Positions 13,266 to 27,704 are shown, counted from the first letter of the whole stretch. The stretch: DNA of 63,069 nucleotides, filler included, from Bigelowiella natans CCMP2755 (GCA_000320545.1; 7 parts of 7 records of this genome joined end to end with filler, not necessarily neighbours in it), one strand, 5' to 3'. The notes: generated from the letters alone by a model not told the origin. Numbers and translations: made by a program.

Positions 13266-14985
13266 AAATGATGATAGGCTGTTGCATCAAGCAAACGATA
13301 TCAAAAGAGGCCCTTTACTCTGCCAAGTTTCATCATCTACTACTTACATGAATATTACCTTGTCCCATCTTTCCTTGAGAAGAGCTTGATTTGTCTTCAC
13401 TCCGCCCTCCATCACCATAATGTATTTCCTGTCAAGGTACTGACGATGGCCACGGAGGTACGAGGGAGGAGGAGGAGAAGGAGGAGGAGGAGGGAGGGGG
13501 GGGGAGAAAGATAAGAGGAGCTTCAAAGCAGTTTCCTGCGACTACGATCGGTACGCATGCATTTTGTGACAAGTAGGGCAGTAGCACTCAGTGCTTGTAG
13601 TGGTGGTTTTTTTGCTTTCTTTCTTTCTTTCTATCTCTCTTTACACCTGATCGCATAGACGCTTCATTGCATTGGAAGAGTGGGGAACCATATCGGTAGG
13701 CAGCTGTGTGTTCAAACGACATACTTACATCATCTAATAATCATAATAATCATAATCATAACAACGATAATAATAATTGCAGTGGGGAGATATTTGCACA
13801 CAGAGGTAAAATTTAATGTGGTGTGAGTGTGTGTCGTTCTCTTATGATGTTACTCCCTCTCCCTCGCTCTCTCTCTCTGAGCTCTTCGTGAGCTATGTAC
13901 CTTCAACACAACAGCATTTCCTGCGGCAATGGCACCGACCTGTGCGAACACGTGTAACAATATCAAAGAACAACTCCCTCTCTCTTAAATATGATGTTAA
14001 TCATCTCCCATATTATGCATTGCTATTGTCCCGGAAGAAACACAGACGACTATGGGGAATCATCGATGATTAGAGCCTCGCGACACGGCTTTTTACGGGG
14101 GGGGGCAAAATCATCAACTGTGCCTTTTCCACTGCCATATGGATGATTAACCCGAATTATGCAGTAATCCCCCCTTTCTACTATCTATCTCGTTGATCTT
14201 ATGCGCCACGTTGCTCTGCCCATCATCATCATCATCTTCTTCCTACTACACTTAACGACCAGGGGCACAAGCGCCAGCTGAACAGGATAATTCCAGCATC
14301 CTAGGATCAGCACGCACCCTGTTCATCATGAACATCAACCAACCAATCAATCGTATTGTTCCAAGAGGATGATGGTAGATGCGATTCGATAAATGAAGAC
14401 AATAATGGCAGCTGTCTGAGGATGCAGATGATGCAGCAGGAGGACACTAGCCGTTCATTCCTACGCTATCAAACAGGCTGTGTGGAGAAGAGCTGTCACG
14501 CCACAAGATAGCTTCGGTATAAAAACATTGCAACGGATAGGTGCTGTTCCGTGTTGCTACTACTACTTACAACCTAAAGGATCCGATTTCAGCGAAGAAG
14601 CTCCTGGAAGATTTATCAGCTGGAAACAACAACTCCATCATCAACAACAAATATCCTTCCAGCAAAATCAAATGCAGACAAACTAGGAAAGGAACCGAAG
14701 TACTGATACACCACTGTTCTTTTTTAAAGTTAGGGGGCTATTCGAAGCAAGGCTCACACTCATAGGGGGGATATCATTCGTTGGAATTTCTCATCTCACA
14801 TTCGTCGAGACTCGAGTCTCGGAAGTCCAGTTGTCTAAGTTATCCAACGCCTGAAGAGGAAGAGTGGGAAAACAACAAAACAACAACATCAAATGAACAG
14901 AATTTTTACACTCTCACTCAACAACGATAGATAGCGAAAGCACAGTGATCGATAGTCTCTGGTGTTCTTTTCGAGTGTGTGCGCA

Positions 14986-15025
<40 letters not shown>

Positions 15026-15207
15026 CGTTTTGCGCCGCATGCTCTATGATGTTGGTCTCGAGAAAATAGCCTTCCTCCTCCGAGCGATTCAAATCCTTCT
15101 TCAGCCCTTGCAGGAGAGCGTCTTTCCCTTCTCGTAGCATCGCCATCATAGCGCGCAATTGCTGTCGTCTCCATTCCAACGAGCGTGTGACACCGCTGCT
15201 GAACGCC

Positions 15208-15250
<43 letters not shown>

Positions 15251-15261
15251 TATCGTATGTG

Positions 15262-15300
<39 letters not shown>

Positions 15301-15610
15301 ATAGGGAATAAACAAATATGCTACCTTTTTTAGATTTGCCTTTGCAGCTTTCACGGCGGGATCAGACGTCTCCGTCACCCTCCTCGCAACCTAACATATT
15401 TTCCAGAGTAGCATACATAAATCAATTATGGTCTAGGCATTCGAAGTATTCGGGCTGAGATAGAAGCTTGCATGTTTTTATCAATGGCAGTCACAGAAAT
15501 AGCCGATGATTTTAAGGTTTGCAATCGGTCTCTCTTTTTTTTGGTTGGCTTGGAGCTGCGAGTGTATCTCTCGAAAAAGAAGCGGGGACCTGTTGTTTGA
15601 GCTCGGGCAT
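8968..15610 (-). CDS. ALDH3: Aldehyde dehydrogenase family 3 (fatty-aldehyde dehydrogenase-like), multi-exon
   Basis: Spliced model: MPELKQQ...AFSSGVTRSLEWRRQQL...DPLGCVLILGCWNYPVQLAL...VGAIAAGNAVVLK...VFYTGSDIVGRIV...AAANHLTPVCLEMGGKCP...[20 protein letters not shown] (catalytic Cys)...MSQEIFGPVLPVV...EKPLSLYVFS...[30 protein letters not shown]...ARYPPY...hydrophobic tail. The stop at 8968 is tentative. Confidence 0.95.
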
Positions 15611-16574
15611 CTTTTCACAAGCCTACGGGGGCGATATTAGGGCCACCAATGAGTTAGTCTTCAAATGTAATGACAAAGTAACTTCATGAAAAGTAGAAGG
15701 AAGGTATGGCCGGGAAGAGGCACGAAGACGTGAATGTAGGCTTCGAGCTTTCGGATGGAAACGGGCAGGGTATCATTCACCTCTGCAAGAATCTTTCGCG
15801 CATCACACGACAGCAGCCCGCTGACTAGGGATTTGGAGTCCTAGAAGGAAGCAAACAAACAACGTGAGTGGAAGGGTTCGGGCTCATTGAGTCGGCACAG
15901 TGTCTTCGCGGACCTTATGTTCCGCCATGAGATTCGCTCTGTTGGTTTATGAAGATCTTCGGAGAGGTATTTCTAATCAAAAGAAAATGAAATTTTAACA
16001 TATGTACAAGTTGCGACATCTATTTTTACTCTACAGACAACGATAAACGGCGGACAATCGATTCCGGGTGACTCTCGGCCGCGTCCGAGATCCGAAGTAT
16101 GGACTTTTTTACTTTAACGACAGGATTTTCTCCCTAATTCAGCGGTGACTAGCTCCATTTTTTCCTTTCTCTGCCAAAGTTCTGGTCCAGTTTTAAAGAA
16201 CAAATTTATCGCAGAAACATCGGCAGGTTGCTTTTGGAAGTCATATGTATCCCATTTACCTTAAAACGTGCCGTTCGGAGCTTAGAATCAGCAAAAACGC
16301 CATGCGCTTCACTGCGTACCCTGCAGAATGTTCAGCACCGATAGCACCTTTCGGGAGCTCTAAAGTGCAAAAGTTAATGGGATTAAGTATCATATTCTAT
16401 CAATGAACATTGTCGCAGTAAATTATTATAAGACTTTCGACCTATGAATGGCTAACTTAAGAACGATTTCTTTTGCCGAAATACCTCGTAACCCGCCTCT
16501 CCCTAACGGCTTGCCCCCCCCCCCCCCCCCGACCCTTCCCCTTCGTCATAGCAAGCAAGAATTTTAAACCCAAA
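15611..16574. promoter_or_regulatory. Divergent intergenic region (putative bidirectional promoter) between ALDH3 and ABCG
   Basis: Lies between two head-to-head ATGs and is nearly free of microsatellites. No specific motif identified. Confidence 0.45.
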
Positions 16575-18271
16575 ATGGAGGGAGGTGCTATGAACGAAAC
16601 CAAAAATAAACGGCGGTGGGTCAATGGTGCACGTCGCTACGGAACTCTTAGCAATTTGGCCATGCCACTCCCGAAAAAATTACAGAGGTAGCAAAAATTG
16701 CTGTCTTTACGGTGGAATGCGTATGTGAGCCACTCAAAGCATCACCTGTAGTTGAAACTTTTTGATTTGCGCTTTAAGTGAGGGTGGCTGGGTTGGTAGG
16801 ATCTGTGCGCAACTGCACAATGTATTACTAATGGGGTTGAGGAAGAGGGGTTTATTTTTGTTACATGTGATTCTTATGGCAAATGCTGCTGTCTTAAGGT
16901 CGCTGTGGGCTGATAGAATATCATTTACGTCTTACTCGGGGAAGCGAATTCTCGACAATGTAATCATAAATGTCATCCGCACAGAGGCAGGCTACAGGCA
17001 ACACAACAAAAAAGCCGAGCCCAAATTCACTTCCAAAGACCACACGATGTTGTTTGCCATTACATCCAGCAGAAAGACCTGCGGGTATTCACCCCTCTCA
17101 TACTACACATGATCTATGCTTGTAGGTCTCTGCATTTGCCGTCCCTGGTGATATACTGGCGATTATGGGGCCATCTGGTGACGTAACCATTATGTTCAAT
17201 ACACGAGCAAATACACCCTATGATACTATCTTCGCACTGCTTCATCTAGATTGTATGGATATTATTCCTTACCCTCCCTTTCTGCTCCTTATAGGTGCGG
17301 GCAAAACCACTTTCATGGATCTAATGGCAGGCAGAGAGATGAATCGCTTTCGAGGAGTAAATCAATCTTCAAGCACTTAGAACATGATCACCAAAAAACA
17401 TATTTTACATTTTCAACTATGCACATCTGTCACGTCCGATGCATTGCCGATAGGATGTGCAAGTTGCTGTGGTACTTTTCAACTCACTGATGTGATCTGC
17501 GTCAGTTCGAAGGAAGCGTGAAAGTTAATGGCCGGCCCCGAACAGGGTAAGTGAATATATCGTCGGCACAGCTCTGGAAATATTTTTTAAAAAATTCAAT
17601 AGAAAAACACGGGTGATGTACCCGCTGGTGCATCGTGACGTTAACGAATTGTTCATTAGTTTCATTATATTCCATTTATCCAAGGTGTGTGAGGGGGGCG
17701 GCGGGAAGGGGTATGCTGAAATGAATACATATTTTGAATCCAAATCTCAGTGGTTTTGTGGAGATATCCGGCCATACATCATCGAGCCCTGTGTTCATTG
17801 CTACATTGACAGTGAGGGTATTTTATAGGCAGCACACGCGCACACGTACACACGTATACACATATACACATATACGCATGCAAGTGCCCCTCGTTGATTT
17901 ATCGCTTGAACGGGGGAGCCCCCAAACGTTCCGACGTTTGTTTTTTTTATCGTTGGATGATTGGCTAACAACGAACAACTGGCAGGAGACCATCCAGTAC
18001 GCAGCGTCACTGAGCATTGCAGATTCAATACTCAGGTAGTAGTAGTAGTAGTAGTAGTAGGAGGAGGAGGAGGAGGAGGAGGAGGAATAGAGCAGAACCT
18101 CCTTCCTGTTGCGGCTGTTATATGTAAGAATGCGAGAGTGTAAAGAGAGGATTGAGTCCTAAACACCCCACAGAATCTCTAGTGTGTGCTTGCTGCTGCT
18201 TTTTTAAGAGCATTCGCCGATCTGCTTCTTCTCCTCGCTCAACCCCATGCGAATAAGCCACGAAGGATGTC

Positions 18272-18308
<37 letters not shown>

Positions 18309-18494
18309 TTTTTTTCATCATCATCGATGTCTTCTTCTTTCATCATCAACAACAACAATCCTTCCACAGTTGGTATGCGCTCGCCCTGTTCAACTGTGAG
18401 AGTTATTTCGATGATTATGTTGTCGCCGTGGTGAACACTGCTCAGGGCTACGAGGGTGGAGACCGTGATCCAGGAACTTCATCTGGTACGTGCT

Positions 18495-18533
<39 letters not shown>

Positions 18534-18565
18534 ACAACCACAAATACGTCGAAGCAACGTAATAC

Positions 18566-18598
<33 letters not shown>

Positions 18599-18619
18599 TT
18601 ATATCGGTCTTTCTCTCTC

Positions 18620-18711
<92 letters not shown>

Positions 18712-18903
18712 TATTCTCCTTGATCATCACAACTACTACTCTCATGATCGATTGATCCGTCGATTCCCACTCATCATATTCGCTACTTTCAGGAACGCTG
18801 TCAAGATAATTTCATCGGTTCCTCCCTCACCAAAGGTAGTAAGTAGGTCCTTCCGACGACGACGACGACGACGACAAGAACAGGAGGAGGAAGGAGGGAT
18901 CAT

Positions 18904-18940
<37 letters not shown>

Positions 18941-19074
18941 TATCAGGAATATCAGACGGGGAACGAAAACGGCTGGCAATAGCATTGCAGGTAACGACGA
19001 CGTACGTCACTACATACGTTATATCATCCTTGCTTTCTTCTCTCCCTTTCTCTCCATGCCCATGTGTCTATGTC

Positions 19075-19116
<42 letters not shown>

Positions 19117-19771
19117 GTTGTGGATCGCATATCGAGTGATATTTCGATAATATATATGTGTTTAGCTGCTACGCACACCTTCGATCTTGCTACTGGATGA
19201 GCCAACATCAGGATTAGATACGACAAGCAGTCGGCAAGTGGTTTCCATTCTCCGGGGTCTCGCCGACAGGTAGTGAATCATTCATTTTAGCGATAGGGGG
19301 GGGGGGGGGTAGAAAAAGGGACGGACCTCGAAATCGAAATCGTGAGTTTTCGAATTGCGAGGAATGAAGCGGTGTCGCTGGGCAAAAATACCATTGAATT
19401 TTCTCAGGAAAATCGTATCACTATGATTCGATAGATTTCCTTTTCTTCTCATGAATAAGTAACATACAAGCAGCGCTGCTTGTAAAATAAATAACTATGC
19501 TCCTCATAGTGAGATCAGTATGCTGCTGCTGCTGCTGCTGATGTTGTATACAGGACAATTATTTCGTATAATCGTCGTTTTTTATAGATGATGATGATTA
19601 TTATAAATTTTCTTCCTGATCCTTATTCTTGTACTTGTTTTTCCTCCTCCTCCTCCTCCTCCTCCTCCTCCTCCTCCTCCTCCCAGGGGTTTTACCATCA
19701 TCATCAATATTCACTCTCCAGGTAGCAATTGATCAACGTATTGTGTTATATCTTGCTCGACTCCCCCCCTC

Positions 19772-19806
<35 letters not shown>

Positions 19807-20182
19807 TATGTGTATGTATGTGTTTCCCCTCATCACATGTTTATTATCATATCAATTACATAAAAAGATCTATTTCATCAGATTCTCGGATATATAGCCA
19901 ATTTGACCGATTGCTCATGCTTGTCGCAGGACGCGTGCAGTAATATTACACACACACACACAAACAGCATAATATATGGGATTTTGCATCGCATAGATGA
20001 ACTTCCGTGCGTATGATCTGTGTGAAATGATAAGAAATGTGTCGTACAATGATCAGGTATTTTGGCAAAGCTGCTTATGCGGTTGAGTCGTATATGCGTA
20101 TCTGCCAAACCAAGATAGGGCAGGTGAGACGGATGGTATAATAGTAGTATCACTACTACTACTACTACACACTTCTGGTTGC

Positions 20183-20218
<36 letters not shown>

Positions 20219-20604
20219 GGATATTGTTATTGTTGTACTTATGTGTGTGTGTGTGTGTGTGTATGAGTGTATGTTTTTGTGTTTACTTACCTTCTCTCCA
20301 ATTGTGTGCCGCTCATCTTTGAAACTATGCTTTTTGGATGTTTGGGCGTGGGCGCAATCTACCTTCTTCTTAAGTTCCAAAATCCAGCGGAATATCTCTT
20401 TGAATGCTCCGTGACTGGGAGAACGATTTATCAAGAATTACCAAATCTAGGTCATTTGTGTGTTACCTCAATTTATTTTCTCTTTTCTGTCCCCCCCCTC
20501 TCTCTTGCTCTCTCTATCTCTCTTTCTTTCTCTCTTTGTGTGTGTCTTAGTTTGTTTAAGTGACTATCGTCTCATCACTCCCTCTCTCTTACCTTCTTCC
20601 CCCC

Positions 20605-20654
<50 letters not shown>

Positions 20655-21158
20655 TCTCTCTCTCTGTGTGTGTGTGTTTACATTGTGTGGATGCAGCTGA
20701 GATAGAAGTGCGCGGATCTCGGACAACATCTGAGCCGATAATGCGAAATCTAGTGCGGATTGTTTATTATATAACAAAACCAAAATACGGGTGTTGGTGC
20801 TGATGGTGATGATGATAGATGAGCGTTTGTCTTCGTCCTGTGTGTGTGTGCGTTGCAGTGCCTGTTATCGCTAATGTCCTCCTCCCTCCTCTTTTTGGAA
20901 CAACAACAATAACAACACCCCATTCATCCTACACAGCCGGCAGCAAGAAATAGGTGCATCGAGTGCGTTCAAAGTGCCCTCCTTTGCTGCTGCTGCTGCT
21001 GCTGTGACAAAAGCGGTACTACTACTGCCTATGCAGAGCATCAGGAAGAACAAGAAGAAGGAGAGAATAAAAAGAGATGATGGTGGTGATGATGATAATG
21101 CACGTGTGTACATACACACTTCGGAGCAGTTCCTTATTTTTTGGCACACTCACAACAC

Positions 21159-21196
<38 letters not shown>

Positions 21197-21359
21197 CGCG
21201 CGCGCGCGCATATTTACGTGTATATTATATTACGTGAAATCATGGCGATGATTGTGCGTTGTTTGTGCTCGGTGTATGATTTTGTTATTGTTGTTGTTGG
21301 TGTAGGAGAGCCCCACGATGGCAGTGACAGACCGAGACCTCCAAGGCAATAGACTACAT

Positions 21360-21394
<35 letters not shown>

Positions 21395-21810
21395 ACACAC
21401 GCCGTACAAACATCCTTACGATTGTCCTCTGTATAAATACGATGTTGTGTATCTTTTCCATATCCGCAGATGTCTTTGGCAGTTCTTCGTGTTGCTGCGA
21501 CGGTCGTTCCTGGACAACAGACGGAATGTCGCAAAGTACTAATCATATATATATATACACACACACACATATATATAATATTATGTATGCGTCGCTTTTC
21601 AAGGCGGGGAGGGGGGGGGGGGGGTGGGGGGGGGGATGATTCGGACTTAATTCCACCCATTTTCCAGCATTGCAATGCATTGTGTGATTGGTGACTTTTT
21701 TTTGCATTTGATTCTTTTGAAGGTATTACATCCGAGGGGCCATTTATTTCCTGATCGGCGTTATGATAGGAACCGCATGGTCGCCGTGAGGCAGCAGCAG
21801 CAGCAGCAGA

Positions 21811-21847
<37 letters not shown>

Positions 21848-21874
21848 AGGTTTCGGGGGATTGCTCCCTGAGTT

Positions 21875-21909
<35 letters not shown>

Positions 21910-22469
21910 GTATATATTTGAATTTGTAGGTTTGATTTGAAGACTTCGTTCACCAGACTTCATGATAGGTAGTTAGTAGCACCGCTAACCCAATGGATAG
22001 TATTTACATGAAGCAGCGGCTGCTACTGCTGCCCTCTGAAAGCAGCACACACTTACAGTGTCTGCTGTCCATCGTGCATGATGGAGAGTGAACGCCGCCT
22101 CTGTTGTTCTGTGTTTGTTTTTTACTCCTCATTGTGCGGTTGCTTATTTGTCGTTTCGGAACATCGCTTGCAGGCAAACGATGCTGATGGTTATCATCGT
22201 GTTCTACTCTTTCATGCAAGTAACCGCAAAACAACAAGCCAACAAATAACAACACGACGACAGAGGACTCAAGAGAGTCGTCTATCAATGATATATAGCA
22301 GCTTCAGAAGATGTGTGTTTGAGTACTATTGTTGTTGCTAAATCCGGTAGTAGGACTCAGCGCAGCATGTGTTGTTATATATTGCTGATATTGCTGCATT
22401 AGAGTGAATATGTTCCCTCTTTCTTTTCCGATATGTGATGGTCTAATTTAAAACACATACTCCTCCTCC

Positions 22470-22501
<32 letters not shown>

Positions 22502-22857
22502 CTGCTGTTTGATGAATTGCTGAAGGTGGCCTCTCTGCCGTCATTTCTGACAGAATTGAAGGTACTTGAAGAAGAATAAGAAGACTGCCATAACCCTGTA
22601 GATTGATATACTAGCGAGTTGGTAAGTAGCAACGATACATGGCAATAAGTCTCATCATCATCATCATCATCATCATCGTCGTCGCCATCATCAGGTTATG
22701 AATCAAGAGGTTCTCGACGGCGTTTATCCGGTAAAGACAAGAAAAAGGGGAAAACAATGCTCGCATTATACCCTTGCAGCGGCCATATTAGATGCGCGTG
22801 TTGTGCGCCCTTCGCGACAGGGCTGTTCTGAAGTGTCGGCTTTGCTAATACACACAC

Positions 22858-22897
<40 letters not shown>

Positions 22898-23003
22898 TAA
22901 GCATATTCCATCGTGCCTACGTTGATTGCATGTATTCTCAAAACATATGAAGGTCTCGGCCCACGTCGTTCAGAGTTTGCTCGGTGAATATATGCATCAA
23001 TGT

Positions 23004-23041
<38 letters not shown>

Positions 23042-23268
23042 TGTATTCGGGACGGAAGAGCACCCACCAAGAGGAGGCATGGAGAAGAATGACAGCTTAA
23101 TTAATACATGCAAACCACTTGACATTGCGCATAGGATCGGATGATATGTGTGTTGCTCATACTCTTTCTCCCCCTCCCCCCCTCCCACACACACAACAGG
23201 TGGAATAGTTCCGAACATGTTTCTGGCCTTCTTTAGCAGGTTGTAGTAGCTCAAAGAAGAATGAATAT

Positions 23269-23303
<35 letters not shown>

Positions 23304-23387
23304 CCCTCTATCTAGAAGCTGTTTCTTTCCCCTGATCGTTCTACTGCTGTTCCATTTGCTGTTTGTGGTGGCCTCCTTTCCAACCTC

Positions 23388-23418
<31 letters not shown>

Positions 23419-25447
23419 TTCTCCTTCTTCTAATTATCACACACCCTTGTTGTTCTTGTTGCTCAGTTATGCTATATTCAATTTGGTCGGTATTGGACCG
23501 GAGGGTGGAGGCTACTACCTATTCTTAGTAAGTTCAGTAGCAGTAGCAGCAGCAAGCAGCCGGAAGGGCAGAAAGAGCTCCCCCCCCCCCTTCCCCTGAT
23601 CTCTTTTTCGGTGCCGTTCTCCACTCTCCCCATACTGAACAGATCAACGTGTTCTTGCTGCTTTACGTGGCGGAGAGCTTTGCGGAGTTCATATGCACTT
23701 TTATACAGGTCGCACCGATGATGATGATGATGATGATGATGATGATAAAGCCATGCTAGGGAAAAAGTGCACGATGATGCCATATTGTTTATATATGTAC
23801 ACATGCACATACACACACACATACACATGCACATGCACATGCACATATTATATATATATATATATATATATGTTCGCCGTCGGTTAGAACCTTCTTGTCG
23901 CGCTGTGCGTCTACGCGGCCTTCTTCACCGTATCATTCATTGCAATGGGGCTGCTGATTCCCGTGTCGCATCTTCCAGAATGGTGGGGATAGCATGCCTA
24001 TATATGTATTCACACAATCACGCACACGAAGTAAACAAAGGCGAGTTGCGTTTTAAGGTTACGTTATAATGGGGTGGGCACTTCCGTTTGCTTGTTCATT
24101 TGGATCTTTAGCACATTTTCATGGATTTTTGGGGTCGGGCAAGACAATCGTTTCTTCTTCTTCTTCTCCTTCTTGTTGTTGTTCGCTATCTGATCTATGG
24201 TTGAGTTGTGTCGTGTGTGTTTGTCTTTCTCTCTTTGTGCAGGTGGAAACCGATGCATTTCGCCTCATTTCACAAGTAGTTGAGGAATAGTTTGGTGGCT
24301 ACATGCTGGATACGTGTTGGGGGGGGGGGATATGTATCCGTGACGAAAGCAATTACGTGTATTTTGTGTGCGTGCTTGAGTGTGTGTGTTTCCAAAACGC
24401 ATTGGCACTTGGATCGCTATGAGCATCAAGACATCTACCTTCTTTCGGGATGATCTCATCGTCGTTTTGTTTGTCATTCTTCTTTGTCGCACGTGTAGGT
24501 ATGCTATAGAGGTGTTCATGTGGAATGCATTTCATGGTAGTGGCAGTAGTAGTAGCAGCAGCAGCAGCAGTAGTAATAGTAGTAGGAGGAGGAGAAGAAG
24601 AAGAAGAAGAAGAAGAATATAAGCTTGTTTCAAAATTAAATTGAGTCATATACACATGTGCGCGCGCGCGTGTGTGTGTGTGTTTGTATTAATTTCAACG
24701 CATAATATCTGGCTTTTGGTGATAGGGTGGAAAGTCACCTGTGATAAGAGACCAAAGGCGTTATGTCGGCTATATCGGTACGTGAGAGAGTTGTTGGATA
24801 TCGAGCAATGCGTGATTATGCGCATGTGGAAGAAGGCCTTTCGCACCCTCTTGTCAGACACAATTTCACAAATGATGTTTGCTCAGCGTGGTTGTGCGCG
24901 AAATCATAGAAAGTTTCCGAGTTTTGAGTCGATATTTATATTCCAAACTACTTCCTATTTCACCCCCCCCCCCCCCCCCCCTTCCTCCCCCCTTATGGAA
25001 TCCCTTAGCACCGGAGACGACATTCTCATCGATAGAGGTAGATTCTCCCCCTCCTCACAACCACGCACGAAAAACGCGCATCAACCTTTTCCCTAAAAAC
25101 GATGATACAAACCAGATATCTCTACTGAAGAGGAGGACATATACAAAGACTTGCGATCGCTTGTCTTCTTGGTAATAGTAACAGTAGTAGAGTAGGAGGA
25201 GGAGGAGGGGGAGGAGGAGGAGGAGGAAGAGAGGGGGAACAACAGCCCGCACACATACAGCGCCTCTTAACAGCAGTGATAGTAAATGAATGAGAGGCAT
25301 GACAAAATCACGTGAGATTTGATTGAGGACCACAGTCATGCTACTTCTGCCTCGCGGCATCGTGCTGCATCCTACTACTCGATATAATCGTATTTTCCCT
25401 CCGTGTTTGTGTTCCTGAGATGATTGTGATTGATGATGATAATGGTG

Positions 25448-25491
<44 letters not shown>

Positions 25492-25576
25492 ATTGCAGTC
25501 TCTGTTTTACCGCTGCATGAGTTGGCTCATACTGACCCTCAAGGTACCACGCACCCGTAACATGCTCAGTAACCTT

Positions 25577-25612
<36 letters not shown>

Positions 25613-25790
25613 ATATGCGTGTGTATTTTGATATCAGGTTTGGAGCAATACATGGTCTCTTTCGCCGCCAGCGTATGTGCCCCTTACAGCTGCTCGTAGA
25701 GACGTTGAAGAGGCCCCCGCAGTTGTGCTGGCATCAGGGGCAGCTCGCCATAACACGGGACGGGGCGACCATGACGGCCACCGTAGATAA
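16575..25790 (+). CDS. ABCG: ABCG (White-type) half-size ABC transporter, NBD-TMD order, multi-exon
   Basis: [36 protein letters not shown] (Walker A), ETIQYAASL, GISDGERKRLAIALQ (signature), PSILLLDEPTSGLD (Walker B/D-loop), IIINIHSP (H-loop), FDRLLMLVAGR, NPAEY, LWQFFVLLRRSF, GLLIPVSHLPEWWKPMHFASFHKYAIEVFMWNAF, TGDDIL. The last exon ends at TAA 25788-25790; the start ATG is tentative. Confidence 0.93.
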
Positions 25791-25849
25791 CACCCAGCAG
25801 CGATATTGATTATTGATTGATGAGACGAGCATGACATCTAGAGATATAA

Positions 25850-25961
25850 AGAAACATAGTCATGAAACAAAGAGGCAGTGAAAGTCTAGAAATGGTGCGC
25901 ATGTAAAGAGGTTGGCTATGTACATATGTATGTATGTATATAAATATTGTATAAATATGCA

Positions 25962-25995
<34 letters not shown>

Positions 25996-27020
25996 ATATA
26001 TTATAGAAAAGTACATATGTGCTACGGTGGCTCGTCAGTACTACTAGAGTAGTCGTAGTATGTTATATGTACTCTGGATGTGCGTGCTATATTTGTATGT
26101 AATTTTTTACGTATGTACCAGCCAGCAACCATGCTATAGCATGCTGCATGAATAATCTAGATCACAAATATAGCAAGGGACGTGTAAGTAACGTCTGGAC
26201 GACGTCTTAAGTCACTTATTTAGCTCTAGTCTAGTAGTGTCGATCGAGAGTATATACTGCTAGCCTGTAAACACACGCTAGCATACTAGCATACATAAGA
26301 AGGCTAGAAGGAGAGATGTGCAACAGCGCTCTAGCACGCCATGTGCGAGACACTCTATACACACGTACTGCCTAGCTAGCTAGCTAGCTAGACTGCATTC
26401 TAGCATTAAAATTCTCATCTAGCCGTGCTAGCGTGGTAGCGAAGGTTGTCACAGCGCGCAGAAATAGATAAATATACAATTTATAAGGGCTGCGGTCGCA
26501 GCTAGCTTTGCATTTATACACTATACAGCTAGATATAGCTACTAGAGATATAGCTACATCAGGATAATAATGCTAGAATGGCCATTCTAGCATTGAAAAG
26601 GTCTTTCATACGAATGCAAGCAGCAGATTTGTAGCAGGCTAGCTAGCTAGAGGTACACATTTTGCATTGTGGTGGGCTACCTAGGTAGCTAGAGTGTATA
26701 TAGCGACGGATCGGATGAGCAGCACTACGTGTATGCGCGTGCACAGCTAGACAGGCCGCGGCAAGCTAGCAAGCTAGCGGGCAGACGTACGTACATATGC
26801 ATGTTGCTGCATTTACGTTGATACTTCGCGACACTCTAGCACTGCTAGTATAGCTAGATAAAAAGATGCGACCATGTAAATCAAGAGGCAGGTTATTGAT
26901 GGTTTCTAACCGCCTATGCAATCTAGCAATATCGAATGAGTCTTTGATGGTTACTCTGCTAATGTTGGTGAATGTTTCACTGATGCCCCGTTACGATGCC
27001 GCACACAGTCTAGTGGCATT
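25850..27020. other. CTAG-rich convergent intergenic region
   Basis: Many CTAG words including CCTAGCTAGCTAGCTAGCTAG (~26371) and GCAAGCTAGCAAGCTAGC (~26761). Confidence 0.65.
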
Positions 27021-27027
27021 CGATTGC

Positions 27028-27123
27028 CTATCTTCTCATTTTGGAATAATCTATCTTCTTTCCGCCGGAGAGCACGCTCTTGAGCTTCTCTGCTTTAGGC
27101 CGCGACACGACGGTAGTGTGACA
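27028..27123 (-). CDS. Probable last exon of an unidentified gene cut off by the contig end
   Basis: AG acceptor followed by CHTTVVSRPKAEKLKSVLSGGKKIDYSKMRR*, then a CTAG-rich 3' region like those seen after other genes. Confidence 0.4.
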   Translation of the reverse strand, partial: CHTTVVSRPKAEKLKSVLSGGKKIDYSKMRR

Positions 27124-27282
27124 CTATGCAATGAGAATAGGTGCGCGATTCACAGAATAATGGGTATTAAGTAGAAATAAAATTGTTTTTTTCGATGATC
27201 GCCCAGAGACATACAAACGAGGAAATAAGATGATGATGATGATGAAGGAACATCAAAGAGCCGATGAGGGACAAAATGATAT

Positions 27283-27318
<36 letters not shown>

Positions 27319-27604
27319 GTACGTATGTACGATATAACATATATATTGTATGAATATGATAATTTGATGGAATCAAGAGAATTCACCAAAACGAGAAAAT
27401 TAACCAGGCGAGAATGACGAAGAATAACACAAACAATGACGCGGGGACGGTTTACAGGGCATGATGTCAATTTGTTGCCAATTGTAGAGAATAGAAGAGA
27501 CGTAATTGCGGCCGCCATTTCACAAGCAATATCACAAAGCAACCAACACGCATTAAAATATATCCAATGGCCAGAGAGGCAGACGAAAAGATCAAAGAAA
27601 GAAG

Positions 27605-27704
27605 NNNNNNNNNNNNNNNNNNNNNNNNNNNNNNNNNNNNNNNNNNNNTTAATTAATTAANNNNNNNNNNNNNNNNNNNNNNNNNNNNNNNNNNNNNNNN
27701 NNNN
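27605..27704. other. Artificial contig linker
   Basis: N44-TTAATTAATTAA-N44. Confidence 0.99.

Noticed and set aside
15611-16574. Possible tRNA/ncRNA in SSR-free intergenic DNA
   Set aside because: No cloverleaf, A/B boxes or snoRNA boxes recognisable by eye; a tRNAscan/Infernal run would be needed.
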